Below are positions 20,451-30,394 of a stretch of DNA of 64,000 nucleotides, in pieces (position 1 is the first letter of the stretch; each line of letters begins with the position of its first letter). The translations under genes were made by a program, and so were the position numbers. The notes beneath the pieces were generated by a model. It worked only from the letters and a program-made list of their open reading frames with translations. It did not search any database and was not told the origin of the DNA. This DNA is from Candidatus Aenigmatarchaeota archaeon. Its GTDB lineage: Archaea > Aenigmatarchaeota > Aenigmatarchaeia > CG10238-14 > SpSt-28. The DNA is taken from assembly GCA_038997165.1 (NCBI GenBank), contig JAWBAK010000001.1:192001-256000 (forward strand), written 5' to 3'.

Positions 20451-20635
20451 AATTTTTTTGGTTTATATATGGATTGGGTTTATTACTTTATTTATATTTA
20501 ATATTCGTTCAAGAAATCTATAATTTAATTCCAAACTTATCTACATATTCTTTATTTGGAATTTTTGCATATTCCTTAGAAAAAAGTTTAATTAAAAAAG
20601 AAGAAAAAAGAAAAATTGAAATGTTTGAAGAATAA
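20447..20635 (+). CDS. Small hypothetical membrane protein
   Basis: 62 aa with hydrophobic segments; ATGA overlap with the rpl11 stop. Confidence 0.55.
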   Translation: MKFFWFIYGLGLLLYLYLIFVQEIYNLIPNLSTYSLFGIFAYSLEKSLIKKEEKRKIEMFEE

Positions 20636-20654
20636 CAATTTATAATTTAAATTA

Positions 20655-21278
20655 ATGGTATTTATGGATTACGAATTATTAAAAAATAAAATTGAAGAAG
20701 CAATAAAAACTGGGAAAAAAAGAAGATTTAAGCAAAGCTTAGAATTAATTATTGTTTTAAAAGATGTTGACGTTAAAGAATTAAAAAATAGCATCTCATT
20801 AATAACATTACCATACTTTAATGATTCGAAAGTTGTTGTTTTTAGTGAAATAAAAAGAAGCGATATAAATGCAGAAAGCATTTCATTAAAAGAAATTGAA
20901 AATATTTCTCAAAACAAAAGACTAGCAAAAAAATTTGCTAGAAGTTTTGATTTTTCACTAGCAGAAACAAAACTAATTCCAGTAATAGGTAAATTGCTAG
21001 GTAAATTTTTAGCACCGTTAGGAAAAATGCCAATACCAATTACCGATGAAAAAAAATTAAACGAAAATATTGAAAAACTAAAAAGAAGTAGAAGAATAAA
21101 TTTAAAACAAAATCAAATTCAAATAAAAATAGGAAAAGAAGATATGAAATTAGAGGAGTTGTTTGAAAATGCAAAGAGTGTAATAAATCAAATAGTTTCT
21201 AACTTACCAAATGGAGAAAAAAACATAAAAAAGATATATGTAAAACTTACTATGAGTAAACCTATAAGAGTTATATAA
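20655..21278 (+). CDS. rpl1: 50S ribosomal protein uL1
   Basis: KRRFKQSLEL, LAPLGKMP and YVKLTMSKP. Confidence 0.95.
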   Translation: MVFMDYELLKNKIEEAIKTGKKRRFKQSLELIIVLKDVDVKELKNSISLITLPYFNDSKVVVFSEIKRSDINAESISLKEIENISQNKRLAKKFARSFDFSLAETKLIPVIGKLLGKFLAPLGKMPIPITDEKKLNENIEKLKRSRRINLKQNQIQIKIGKEDMKLEELFENAKSVINQIVSNLPNGEKNIKKIYVKLTMSKPIRVI

Positions 21279-21281
21279 ATT

Positions 21282-22109
21282 ATGTTAACTAGAGAACAAA
21301 AGGCAAAAATAATCGATGAAATTTGTGAAATATTTAAGAACTATTCTACTATAGGATTTATAGATTTTTATAAATTACCTACAAGAGAGTACAGGGAAAT
21401 GAAGAGAAAACTTAAGGGAATAAATATAAAGTTTTTTAAAAAATCTTTAATAATTAAGGCATTAGAAAAGATAGGAAAAACAGAATTAATAAATTATTTA
21501 CCAAATCAAGTAGGAATTTTATTTTCAAATAAAAATCCTTTTGAAATTTATAAAGAAATTAAAAAACTGGTTTCATATAGATATGCAAAAGAAGGAGATT
21601 ATGCAGAGGAAGATATTGTAATTAAGCCTATGATAACATCAATTCCAGCAGGTCCTTCAATTGCTGAATTTCAAAGATTGAAATTTGAAGTGGGTGTAGA
21701 AGCAGGAAAAATAGCAATAAAAAAAGAAAAGAAATTGGTTTCTAAGGGAGAAAAAATAAATGCACAAATAGCCACTATATTACAAAAACTCGGAATTAAA
21801 CCAATAAAAATAAGATTAAACGTTATTGCAATGTACGATGGAAGAATAATCTATACAAAAGAAATTTTAGATTTAGATGAAGAATATTATAGTAAAAATA
21901 TTTTAAATTGTTTTTTAATTGCTAACGAATTAACAAAAAGAATAGAATATTATACTAAATATAATATAAATGAATTTTTAATAAAAGGTAGACTTAGCGC
22001 TATTATGCTAGGAAAGAAAATTCAATTTTTCGAAAAAGATATAGTTGAAGAATTAATAAAAGAAGCATATATATGTGCTAAATTCCTTTCACAAAAATTT
22101 AATGTTTAA
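21282..22109 (+). CDS. rpl10: 50S ribosomal protein uL10 (P0)
   Basis: TSIPAGP and LQKLGIKP; lies in the L11-L1-L10-L12 operon. Confidence 0.93.
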   Translation: MLTREQKAKIIDEICEIFKNYSTIGFIDFYKLPTREYREMKRKLKGINIKFFKKSLIIKALEKIGKTELINYLPNQVGILFSNKNPFEIYKEIKKLVSYRYAKEGDYAEEDIVIKPMITSIPAGPSIAEFQRLKFEVGVEAGKIAIKKEKKLVSKGEKINAQIATILQKLGIKPIKIRLNVIAMYDGRIIYTKEILDLDEEYYSKNILNCFLIANELTKRIEYYTKYNINEFLIKGRLSAIMLGKKIQFFEKDIVEELIKEAYICAKFLSQKFNV

Positions 22110-22130
22110 ATATTTTTTGCTAAATAAATT

Positions 22131-22442
22131 ATGGAATACATATATGCAGCTTTACTATTACATTCAGCAAAGAAAGAAATAACAGAAGAAAATTTAAGAA
22201 ATGTACTAACTGCAGCTGGAGTATCAATAGATGAGGCAAGATTAAAAAGTTTAGTAGAAAGTTTAAAGAATATTAATATAGATGATGTTATAAAATCTGC
22301 ATCCTCAGCTTCTATACCAGTTCAAGTTCAAACAACTACACAAACCACTACAGAAACAAAAACAGAAGAGAAAAAGAAAGAAGAATCAAAAGCTGCTGAA
22401 GAACAGGCAGTTGCAGGATTGGCTGCTTTATTTGGTATTTAA
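22131..22442 (+). CDS. rpl12: 50S ribosomal protein P1/L12
   Basis: [11 protein letters not shown]...GLAALFG. Confidence 0.98.
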   Translation: MEYIYAALLLHSAKKEITEENLRNVLTAAGVSIDEARLKSLVESLKNINIDDVIKSASSASIPVQVQTTTQTTTETKTEEKKKEESKAAEEQAVAGLAALFGI

Positions 22443-22504
22443 TTTTTTATTGCGCGTAATAAAGGGTATTAGGACATATATTAGGCTATCATATTTTTTA
22501 GTTA

Positions 22505-22696
22505 ATGAAATGCATTAGATGTGGATCAAAAAGAATTGTAGATTTCATCGATGGATTTGGAAAAGAAAGAATGTTTTGTAAAGATTGTTTTTTAAGTTTA
22601 GAAAAAGAATCTTTCATAAAATTATCTCTTGAAAGAAAACTTCCAGAATTTTATTTCAAAATAACATTTAAAACATGGAATATGAAGCAATATTAA
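22505..22696 (+). CDS. Small Zn-ribbon protein
   Basis: CIRC...DGFG...CKDC. Confidence 0.7.
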   Translation: MKCIRCGSKRIVDFIDGFGKERMFCKDCFLSLEKESFIKLSLERKLPEFYFKITFKTWNMKQY

Positions 22697-22787
22697 GTAG
22701 AATAAAAAGAGGTAAAAATCTAGTATTAATAATAAGTGTTAAAAAAGGTAACAAAATGTTTGGATTTGTTAAACCTATTTATAGATA

Positions 22788-22805
22788 TTAATGTATATAC
22801 ATTAA
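22788..22805. promoter_or_regulatory. 18-bp perfect palindrome TTAATGTATATACATTAA (copy 1), putative operator
   Basis: Identical copy at 28504..28521; both are intergenic. Confidence 0.65.
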
Positions 22806-22838
22806 ATATTTAAATTGATTGTTTCTAAAAATTGAATC

Positions 22839-22889
22839 ATGCCAAGAAGAAAGAAAAAAGAAGAGCAATCTCAGCAATCTACACAGTAG
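22839..22889 (+). CDS. Putative 16-aa basic micropeptide MPRRKKKEEQSQQSTQ
   Basis: TATA-like TTTAAA about 30 nt upstream and a T-run downstream. A homologous sequence lies at 34419..34451 on the minus strand. Confidence 0.4.
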   Translation: MPRRKKKEEQSQQSTQ

Positions 22890-22910
22890 ATCAATTACAT
22901 TTTCCCTTTT

Positions 22911-24161
22911 TTATTTTTTTAAAAATTTTATATAACTATTTTTTAAAGCTTCTATTCCAGGCATTTTTTTGCCACTTAAATAATTTAAAAGAGCTCCACC
23001 ACCAATACTAATATAGGTAAATTTCTTAGGAATTTTTAATAAATTTATAGCTACAGAAGAATCTCCACCTCCGACTAAAGAAATTATATCTAAATTTGCA
23101 ATATATTCAAACAATTCTTTAGTTCCCTTTTCAAATCCTTGCTTTTCAAACATTCCCATAGGACCCTTTATTATTACACTCCTACAATGTTTCAAAATAT
23201 TTTTATATTTTTCTATTGTTTCTGAACCTATATCTAAAATTAATGCATCTTTAGGAATGTTTTCAATACTAATTTCTTTTCTTTCTCCATTATATTCTAT
23301 TGCAACATCATCTGGTAATTCTATTTCTTTATAATATTTATGATAAAGTTCCTTTGCTTTATCGATTAGCTTTATTAATCCCTTTTTTTCCAAAATTTCT
23401 TTACTTTTATTACCTATCTCATAACCTTTTGCTAATAGAAATATATTAGCTAATAATCCGCCACAAAGAACTTTTTCTATACTTTCTGGTCTGTTTTTAA
23501 ACATATAATCTAATATAGGAATTACATCATCTATTTTTGCTCCACCAATTAACCATGCATTAATTCCTAAAGGCATTAATACCTTATTTATACTTTCTAT
23601 TTCTTCTTGCATTACTCTTCCAATAATATTTGGAACTATTTCAGCGAATCCAACAATACTTGCATGAGATCTATGAGCAACAGAAAAAGCATCTAAAACA
23701 AAATAGTCTATAAATTTTGATAAAAATCTTACTAAAGAAGATTCTCTATGTTCTTCAAAAGTCTTTTCAATATCTTCATCTTCTAAAAATCTTACATTAT
23801 CTAATAATAATACTTCTCCGCTTTTTAATTTTTTTATTTCACTTTCAGCTCTTTCTCCTATTATATCATTAACAAATTTTATTTCAAATCTATCATCTTT
23901 CAAATATTCTTTAAGAATATTTGAAAGAATTTTTGCGTGTTGTTCTAAAGAAATAAAATCTGGTTCTCCTTTTCTAGATTGATGTGCTAATAAAATTACT
24001 TTTGCGTTCTTTTCAATGAGTTCTTTAATTGTTCTAGAGTGTCTTTCAAATCTTTCGTTTGGTATAACTTTGTTATTTATGACATCGGAATTTAAATCAA
24101 TTCTTACAGCAACATATTTATCTTCTAAATTAAAATCGTCTAAAGTAAAGAATTCTTTCAT
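22911..24161 (-). CDS. pgk: Phosphoglycerate kinase
   Basis: VRIDLN, LAHQSR, LLDNVRF, DAFSVAHRSHAS and SIGGGA. Confidence 0.98.
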   Translation of the reverse strand: MKEFFTLDDFNLEDKYVAVRIDLNSDVINNKVIPNERFERHSRTIKELIEKNAKVILLAHQSRKGEPDFISLEQHAKILSNILKEYLKDDRFEIKFVNDIIGERAESEIKKLKSGEVLLLDNVRFLEDEDIEKTFEEHRESSLVRFLSKFIDYFVLDAFSVAHRSHASIVGFAEIVPNIIGRVMQEEIESINKVLMPLGINAWLIGGAKIDDVIPILDYMFKNRPESIEKVLCGGLLANIFLLAKGYEIGNKSKEILEKKGLIKLIDKAKELYHKYYKEIELPDDVAIEYNGERKEISIENIPKDALILDIGSETIEKYKNILKHCRSVIIKGPMGMFEKQGFEKGTKELFEYIANLDIISLVGGGDSSVAINLLKIPKKFTYISIGGGALLNYLSGKKMPGIEALKNSYIKFLKK

Positions 24162-24196
24162 AAAATTTAAAAATATAAAAAATTAAGAAGAAGAAA

Positions 24197-25240
24197 TTAT
24201 TTCAAAATTCCTAAACTTTTATTTGTTTTTTCTATTGATTTCCACTTATCTTTTTCTATTCCTGTAATTGCTCTTATTGCATCTATATTTTCTGGAATAA
24301 CAACAGCTTCTTGATGAACTGCTTGAATATATCTTACTTTATTATTTTCAACATGTACTAAATCTTTTAATACTATAACTTCCCAAATATCATTTCTAGG
24401 TCTTAAATAATCTCTAAACTTTTCGATTATAACACTTGTAGCAGGATATTCTTTTCCTTCCAAAAAAATTATTCTAGTTTGTTTTTCAAAAGCGTCAATA
24501 ATCTCTTCATAGCTAACATTTCTTTTTAATGTTACATCTAGCATATGCACATGCATTTTTGTAGTTGGAACTTTAACTGCTAATGAAAAAATATTTAAAT
24601 GTTTTAATACTGTTTTAACATCTAAAGAATGATGAGATGGTACATGTAAATCATATTCTATAGCATCGATTGGTCCTTTTTTATATTCGTGAGGATCGTT
24701 AGCTCTTCTCGCTAAAGCAACAAAAACATATTCTACTCCAAATTTTTGATCTAATGTATATAAAGTTCTTATTAGGCTTGTAGTATTGCAACTAGGAACT
24801 CTAACATAAGTTTTATCGAATGCTTCCTCATAATTTACAAAAGAATTGAATGTCATTTCTGCAACATCTGCTTTTTCTCCACCTTGAAATATTACTTTTA
24901 CTCCATATTTTTCATACAAATTCTTTTTATTTTGGGCACCAACTCCTTCTGGAGTACAATCAATTATAACATCTACTGCACCATTTCTTAGCAAATCTTC
25001 TAGAGTTCCATTAACCCACATTCCTGCTTTTTTAAATTCATTATATGCTTCTAAATCGCTAGCATATAAATCTGTGCCATAAAGAAATCCATTAGGTTCT
25101 AAAACAGTTTTTATTACATAGTTTGGGTTTTTAGTCGATATTGCTACTAGATCTATATCATCTTGCAATTTTATTGCATGTGCTACTCTTTTTCCTATCG
25201 TTCCTATACCATTTACAACAACCCTTGGTTTTACTCTCAT
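24197..25240 (-). CDS. gap: Archaeal (type II) glyceraldehyde-3-phosphate dehydrogenase
   Basis: NGIGTIGKRVA, FQGGEK, catalytic SCNTT and HQEAVVIPENIDAIRA. Confidence 0.97.
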   Translation of the reverse strand: MRVKPRVVVNGIGTIGKRVAHAIKLQDDIDLVAISTKNPNYVIKTVLEPNGFLYGTDLYASDLEAYNEFKKAGMWVNGTLEDLLRNGAVDVIIDCTPEGVGAQNKKNLYEKYGVKVIFQGGEKADVAEMTFNSFVNYEEAFDKTYVRVPSCNTTSLIRTLYTLDQKFGVEYVFVALARRANDPHEYKKGPIDAIEYDLHVPSHHSLDVKTVLKHLNIFSLAVKVPTTKMHVHMLDVTLKRNVSYEEIIDAFEKQTRIIFLEGKEYPATSVIIEKFRDYLRPRNDIWEVIVLKDLVHVENNKVRYIQAVHQEAVVIPENIDAIRAITGIEKDKWKSIEKTNKSLGILK

Positions 25241-25261
25241 AAATATTTTTTAGTCCTAATG

Positions 25262-25960
25262 CTATATCTTTTTACCAAATATTATTAAATTCCTTTCAGT
25301 TAACATTTTATTATCGACTTTAAAATTTATATGGAAATTTCGTGATTTAGCATATTCCGCTAAATAAAAACACCACTTATAGTATTCGTTATTTATAGCA
25401 TTAAAGAATTTATTCGCAATTTCATTATATTTTTTCCATTTTTCGTAACTTTCGCTTCCTATACAACAAGGAACTAATATAAAAAAATTACTAAATTCAG
25501 ATGCTTTATCTATAACAACCTCGCTTAAATTATTACAAGCATGAATCGAAACAATAAAATCTGCCTTCTCTAAATCTTTAATTTCTAAAATATTTTTTTC
25601 TATAAAAAATATGTTATCAAAAAATTTACTTTTGTTATTAGATTTATAATCTTCACTAAACTTTAAATCGATAGCTACTATTTTTGAATTTGGAAAGTTT
25701 TCTGCTACAAAATGAGAAAATAATGCATCCCCGCTCATTAACTCATATAAAACGAACTTATCCATTTTATTCTTATTAATTAGATTTTTCAAAACGTTAA
25801 ATACACCAACAACTTCAGTTATTTCTTTTAAGATATAATTATATCTTTTTCCTTCTAAATGTGGTTTCATTAAAATATTAAAAATATCGAATGGAAACCT
25901 TTTAATGAAAAACCTTACATATTCGTGCTTAGAATTTAAAATTTCCTTAGGATAAATCAT
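25262..25960 (-). CDS. SAM-dependent methyltransferase (HAC/PCC type)
   Basis: YELMSGDA, VAID, SIHACNNLS and LVPCC. Confidence 0.75.
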   Translation of the reverse strand: MIYPKEILNSKHEYVRFFIKRFPFDIFNILMKPHLEGKRYNYILKEITEVVGVFNVLKNLINKNKMDKFVLYELMSGDALFSHFVAENFPNSKIVAIDLKFSEDYKSNNKSKFFDNIFFIEKNILEIKDLEKADFIVSIHACNNLSEVVIDKASEFSNFFILVPCCIGSESYEKWKKYNEIANKFFNAINNEYYKWCFYLAEYAKSRNFHINFKVDNKMLTERNLIIFGKKI

Positions 25961-26377
25961 TTATAAATTAATTTTTTCAGAAATTTTACTAACCAATTCT
26001 TCTATATTTTTTTCTAATTTAATTAATTCGTTTACATTTTTATTAATTTCTTCCACATTTTCATCTAATAAAGAGAAAAAAAGTTTATAAAGCTTTATAT
26101 CATATAAAGATTTTATTTTTCTTACTTCATCATACAATTCTCTACCAATTTGAAAGGCTAAAGGAGATAGGGTATCGAAAAGAATTGAAAGATAAATATA
26201 TTTCCTTTCAACATCAATTATTTTTTCTAAGTTTTTAACTATATCAACCTTATTTTCTTCGATTAGTTTTATTAGAATTTCCCTAAACATTTCTATTTTT
26301 CCAAACATTAATGCTATATCTAGCTTTAAATTCTTTTCTCTTACTAAACTTATTAGTTTTTGAGACCTATCCTCCAT
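25961..26377 (-). CDS. Hypothetical helical protein
   Basis: 138-aa ORF abutting the next gene. Confidence 0.6.
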   Translation of the reverse strand: MEDRSQKLISLVREKNLKLDIALMFGKIEMFREILIKLIEENKVDIVKNLEKIIDVERKYIYLSILFDTLSPLAFQIGRELYDEVRKIKSLYDIKLYKLFFSLLDENVEEINKNVNELIKLEKNIEELVSKISEKINL

Positions 26378-26386
26378 AAATTTATT

Positions 26387-27223
26387 ATGGAAACTGTTAA
26401 AAGAAGTATATTGAAAAAAATTTTATAAAAAAGGGATCCTTGATGCCATAAAGGAAATTTTAGAAAATTGGGAATAGTTTCTGGAAGTTATTATTATTAT
26501 TCTGGTTCTCCAATATTTGTTGAATTAGCCGCATTAAGAGCTGGAGTTGATTTAGTAAGAATTTTTGCTCCCGAACGTATTTCAAATGTAATTAGAAGTT
26601 ATTCATCAGATTTAATTGTTTTTCCTTATAAATCCAAATTTCTTAACATAAAAACTTTAAATTTTATTTTTGAAAATTCGAAAGATTTAGATGCCTTTGT
26701 TATTGGTAATGGACTAAGTAGAAAAATAGAAGTATTAAATGCTATAAAAGAGTTTGTTAAGAAAGTTAAAATTCCATGCGTAATAGATGCAGATGCTATA
26801 TATGCAATAAAAGGCATTAAGCTGAACAAAAATTTTATTATTACTCCTCATAGCTATGAATTCTTTGTTTTAAGCGGATATAAAGTTAAAAATAATTTAA
26901 AAGATCGAATTGAAAAAGTTAAGGAAGTGGCAAAAAAATATAATTGCATTATACTATTAAAAGGGCATATAGATGTTATTAGTAATGGGAAAAAAGTTGT
27001 AATTAATAAAACTGGTAGTGAATATATGACTAAGGGTGGTTTTGGAGATACATTGGCTGGAATTTGTAGAGCGTTGTTAGCTAGAAAAGTCGATCCTTTT
27101 ATATCAACGCAAGCAGCTTCATATATTAATGGAAAAGCCGGTGAACTTGCTGCAAAGATTTATAAAGAATCTCTAATTGCAAGCGATATTTTCGATTTCA
27201 TTCCAAAAATTCTAAAGATATAA
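26387..27223 (+). pseudogene. nnrD: ADP-dependent NAD(P)HX dehydratase pseudogene
   Basis: From ATG 26387: METVKRSILKKIL*KRDP*CHKGNF, with in-frame TAA at 26426 and TGA at 26441. Downstream VIDADA, TPHSYEF, LLKG and GGFGDTLAG are intact. Confidence 0.8.
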
Positions 27224-27230
27224 ATACTTT

Positions 27231-27971
27231 ATGAATGCTATACCCTATTCTGATTCTTTTGTACAAAATAAAAGGTTGGGTTGGAAATTGGATAAAAATT
27301 TAAGGAGTAGATGTGAAATTTATGAATATATTTACCGAAATTTATTACCTAAACTTTTTGAGGAGAGAAAAAGTTTTTCTATTGTAGTTGCTGGTCCTTC
27401 TAATGAAGAAACCAAAATTATTAAAAATCTTCTTAAAAAATATAAAAATGTCAACGTTAATATTTTTGAGCCCGACAAAAATAGGTCAGAAGAGTTAAGA
27501 GAAGTGCTAAAATATTTGGGAAAAAGGATTAATGTAATAGAAGATTACATATTTAATATAGGAAAATATCTTCCTAAAAAATCGATTGATGCTGCAATAC
27601 TTTTAAATGTTATTAATTGGGTCCCTACAAATATAAAAAAATTAGTAGAAGGTTTATATCTAACACTTTCCCCTGATGGAAAAGTTATCATTTCTTTCTA
27701 TATAACCTTATGGGATGATGGAAAAGATAAAAATTATATTATCGAAACACCAGAATTTTTTAAAACTTCTATGGAAAGAAATTCTATAAAGAGTTTAAAC
27801 GAACTTGATTTTAATAATCTTTATTACAGAGATGGAAATGGTATACTAAAGGTCTATGTATTGAGAAGAAGCAATCTAAAAGAAATATTAAAAGATGTGA
27901 AAAGGGAGTATGAAAAAGCTTGTATGATTTTAAACTTTATAGACTCGATCAAATTATTAATAAACTTATAA
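27231..27971 (+). CDS. Class I SAM-methyltransferase-fold protein (divergent)
   Basis: IVVAGP, IFEPD, SIDAAILLNVINWV and LSPDGKVII. Confidence 0.6.
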   Translation: MNAIPYSDSFVQNKRLGWKLDKNLRSRCEIYEYIYRNLLPKLFEERKSFSIVVAGPSNEETKIIKNLLKKYKNVNVNIFEPDKNRSEELREVLKYLGKRINVIEDYIFNIGKYLPKKSIDAAILLNVINWVPTNIKKLVEGLYLTLSPDGKVIISFYITLWDDGKDKNYIIETPEFFKTSMERNSIKSLNELDFNNLYYRDGNGILKVYVLRRSNLKEILKDVKREYEKACMILNFIDSIKLLINL

Positions 27972-27972
27972 A

Positions 27973-28425
27973 CTAAATTAATTTTTCTAATATAGATATT
28001 AATTCTCTAATCTTACTTTTTTTAATCGCTACAGAACCTATAGATCTATACTTATTTTTACTCCTTATTAAAATATCTTTTTTTGTTTGATTTATCCTAA
28101 CAAATTCTTCTTCTCCTTCATATACAGGCTTAAATAGATCAATCCAAAGAATGTTATCTTTTCCTTGCTCAATTTTTCCTATAAATTGCGATTTTCCAAC
28201 AAAATAAAAAACTTTTGCTGGGCCTCTTTCATCAAAATCGACTCTTTTTTCTATTAATAATCTTTCTAAAATTTTTGTTACAGTATGTCTGTTAAGATTT
28301 AAAAAATTAGAAATTTCTGTTATAGTCATTCCTCTAGGATTTTTTTCTAATAATTTTAATATTTTTTTAGCATTTTCACTATCATACTCTACTTGCTTAC
28401 TTTCAATTTCTTCATTTATCTCCAT
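27973..28425 (-). CDS. wHTH regulator with C-terminal beta-rich domain
   Basis: ILKLLEKNPRGMTITEISNFLNLNRHTVTKILERL. Probable start MEINEE at 28425. Confidence 0.8.
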   Translation of the reverse strand: MEINEEIESKQVEYDSENAKKILKLLEKNPRGMTITEISNFLNLNRHTVTKILERLLIEKRVDFDERGPAKVFYFVGKSQFIGKIEQGKDNILWIDLFKPVYEGEEEFVRINQTKKDILIRSKNKYRSIGSVAIKKSKIRELISILEKLI

Positions 28426-28503
28426 AAAAATATTAAAGTTATATACCAATATATTTATAAATTTTAATTTATACAATAAACTATAGAAAAAAATATATAT
28501 ATC

Positions 28504-28521
28504 TTAATGTATATACATTAA
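28504..28521. promoter_or_regulatory. 18-bp perfect palindrome TTAATGTATATACATTAA (copy 2), putative operator
   Basis: Ends 1 nt before ATG 28523, in the divergent region next to a wHTH gene. Confidence 0.7.
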
Positions 28522-28522
28522 T

Positions 28523-29209
28523 ATGTCAACAATAACGTTATTACATTTTAAAACAACACGAAATATTGAAGAAATAGAAAAAGAGTTAAATAAAATATCT
28601 GAAGAAAACTATTGGATAATTGCAAGTAAAGAAAACGAAAAACTTTTAAAAATTATATTTAACTATAAAGTAAGTTTAGAAGATGAACTAAGAAAAGTTT
28701 TAAGTATTTCTGAAATAAGAAACATTTTTAATGGAATTTCCTCTCAACTATTAACAAGAAGAATTGTTGCCTATATGCATTTTGATAAAGAAATTTTAGA
28801 AGTAGAAAGAGGACCAGATTATATTTTTTCTTTTTTTATAAGTGTTTTGGAAAAAAACCTTAAAATAAAATTTATTAACCTCTATATTTCATCAAATGCA
28901 TTACTTAAAATTATTGAAAGATATTCTATTTCACTAAATCAAATCTATTTTAAATTTGTTAATGGTCTCTTATTTGAAATGTATAAAGGAAAATTTTTGC
29001 AATATTCGGATTTTATAAAGAGAAAAATTGAAGAAAATAGAAAGAATATAAGAATTATAACAATATTACCGAAAATAAAGTTTAGAGGTGCACCAAAAAG
29101 TATTACAATTAATGGAGATAAAGGAACTATTAAATTTTATTCTAAAGAGATTTTTAGAGATGAAATTAGCCAAATAATAAATATAATCTTTGAATCAACA
29201 AAATTTTGA
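28523..29209 (+). CDS. Hypothetical protein
   Basis: 228-aa ORF with no recognised motif. Confidence 0.65.
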   Translation: MSTITLLHFKTTRNIEEIEKELNKISEENYWIIASKENEKLLKIIFNYKVSLEDELRKVLSISEIRNIFNGISSQLLTRRIVAYMHFDKEILEVERGPDYIFSFFISVLEKNLKIKFINLYISSNALLKIIERYSISLNQIYFKFVNGLLFEMYKGKFLQYSDFIKRKIEENRKNIRIITILPKIKFRGAPKSITINGDKGTIKFYSKEIFRDEISQIINIIFESTKF

Positions 29210-29265
29210 GAAGTACTAGAAATTTCTAAGCTATGGTAATTGTAATTTAAAATTAAAGGGAAAAT

Positions 29266-29967
29266 TCAAAAATACTTAGATAAATAAGATTTTAATAAAA
29301 TAATTTTTGTTTTTAGATCTTCTTCTTTTATTTTTTCAATATCTAAATTATAGCTTATCCAAATTAATGAATCTATATGTAATGGTGGTATCTTACATTT
29401 TTCTGATAATTTTTTCCAAAACTCCATATTTTTAGAAATCTTGCCTATTCTATAGTCTATTGGAATTTGGATATCAAAAGGAAAAATTATTTTATATCCT
29501 ATTATTCTCAATACATACCCCAAAATTTTTGCAGAAAAAACAATAGTTTTATCTGTTTGTTTTTGATTTAGTGTTTTTGAGAGATTTTCAACAAAGCGTT
29601 TCAAATTTAACAACTTTTCTATATCATTTTCGCTTTTGATCTCTTTATCTAAAAATTTTTTAACTTTTTTAAACCTTCTTAATTTAATTGAAAGAAAGAT
29701 ATTATTATAATTTTTCAAGAATTCCAAAAAATATTTGTAGTTCTTCTTAACTGAAAAAAACTCAGAAAATTTTTCCCAATATTCTTCACCTCTCATTTTT
29801 AACTTAAAAGAATTTACTGCATTAAGTATAGATAATTTTATAAACGTTTCCTTATTATTAAGATTTTTATATAGATTTTTTAGAGCTAAAAATTGTCTAT
29901 CGTAATTTTCTTCAAAATATAAGATTTCTTCAATTTTAAATTTTTTTAATATTTCTATTAATTCCAT
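29266..29967 (-). CDS. Archaeal 8-oxoguanine glycosylase/AP lyase (AGOG)
   Basis: DRQF, GEEYWEKF, KTIVFSAK, IPIDYRI and IPPLHIDSLIW. Confidence 0.9.
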   Translation of the reverse strand: MELIEILKKFKIEEILYFEENYDRQFLALKNLYKNLNNKETFIKLSILNAVNSFKLKMRGEEYWEKFSEFFSVKKNYKYFLEFLKNYNNIFLSIKLRRFKKVKKFLDKEIKSENDIEKLLNLKRFVENLSKTLNQKQTDKTIVFSAKILGYVLRIIGYKIIFPFDIQIPIDYRIGKISKNMEFWKKLSEKCKIPPLHIDSLIWISYNLDIEKIKEEDLKTKIILLKSYLSKYF

Positions 29968-29992
29968 TATTTAATTCTTTTTGTAAAATATT

Positions 29993-30370
29993 ATGGAAGA
30001 AAAAATTGCTTTAAATTTACAAATTGCTAAAGAAGAAATAAACAAGTTGATTTTGTATAGAGAAAGTTTATTAAATTATTACAGAAACATAAAATCTAGT
30101 TTAGATAGTTTAGAAGCTATAAAAGAAGAAAATGTGTTCTTACCATTAGGAAATGATGTATTTGTAAAAAGTAATATAATTGATAAAAATTTGATTATAA
30201 TTGGTATTGGTTCTAATATTTACATTGAAATGGAAATAGATAAAGCAAAAGAATTATTAGAAAAAAAGATAAAAAAAATAGAAGAAGAAATAGAAGAAAT
30301 AAATATATATATTCAAAATCTTCAAAATTATATATTGAGTCTATTAGAGGGGGTTAAGAAAAAAGAATAA
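29993..30370 (+). CDS. pfdA: Prefoldin alpha subunit
   Basis: Coiled coils flanking LPLGNDVFV and IGIGSNIYIE. Confidence 0.9.
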   Translation: MEEKIALNLQIAKEEINKLILYRESLLNYYRNIKSSLDSLEAIKEENVFLPLGNDVFVKSNIIDKNLIIIGIGSNIYIEMEIDKAKELLEKKIKKIEEEIEEINIYIQNLQNYILSLLEGVKKKE

Positions 30371-30394
30371 ATTTTTTATTGTATTATATTTCGT

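Noticed and set aside
22446..22463. Near-palindrome TTTATTGCGCGTAATAAA after rpl12
   Set aside because: It is a single imperfect copy that could be a terminator or operator, but it has no independent support.
26426..26443. Stop-codon reassignment (TGA=Trp) suggested by the nnrD in-frame TGA
   Set aside because: TGA terminates many intact genes here (e.g. trkH, radA, rpl11), and a TAA also interrupts the same frame.
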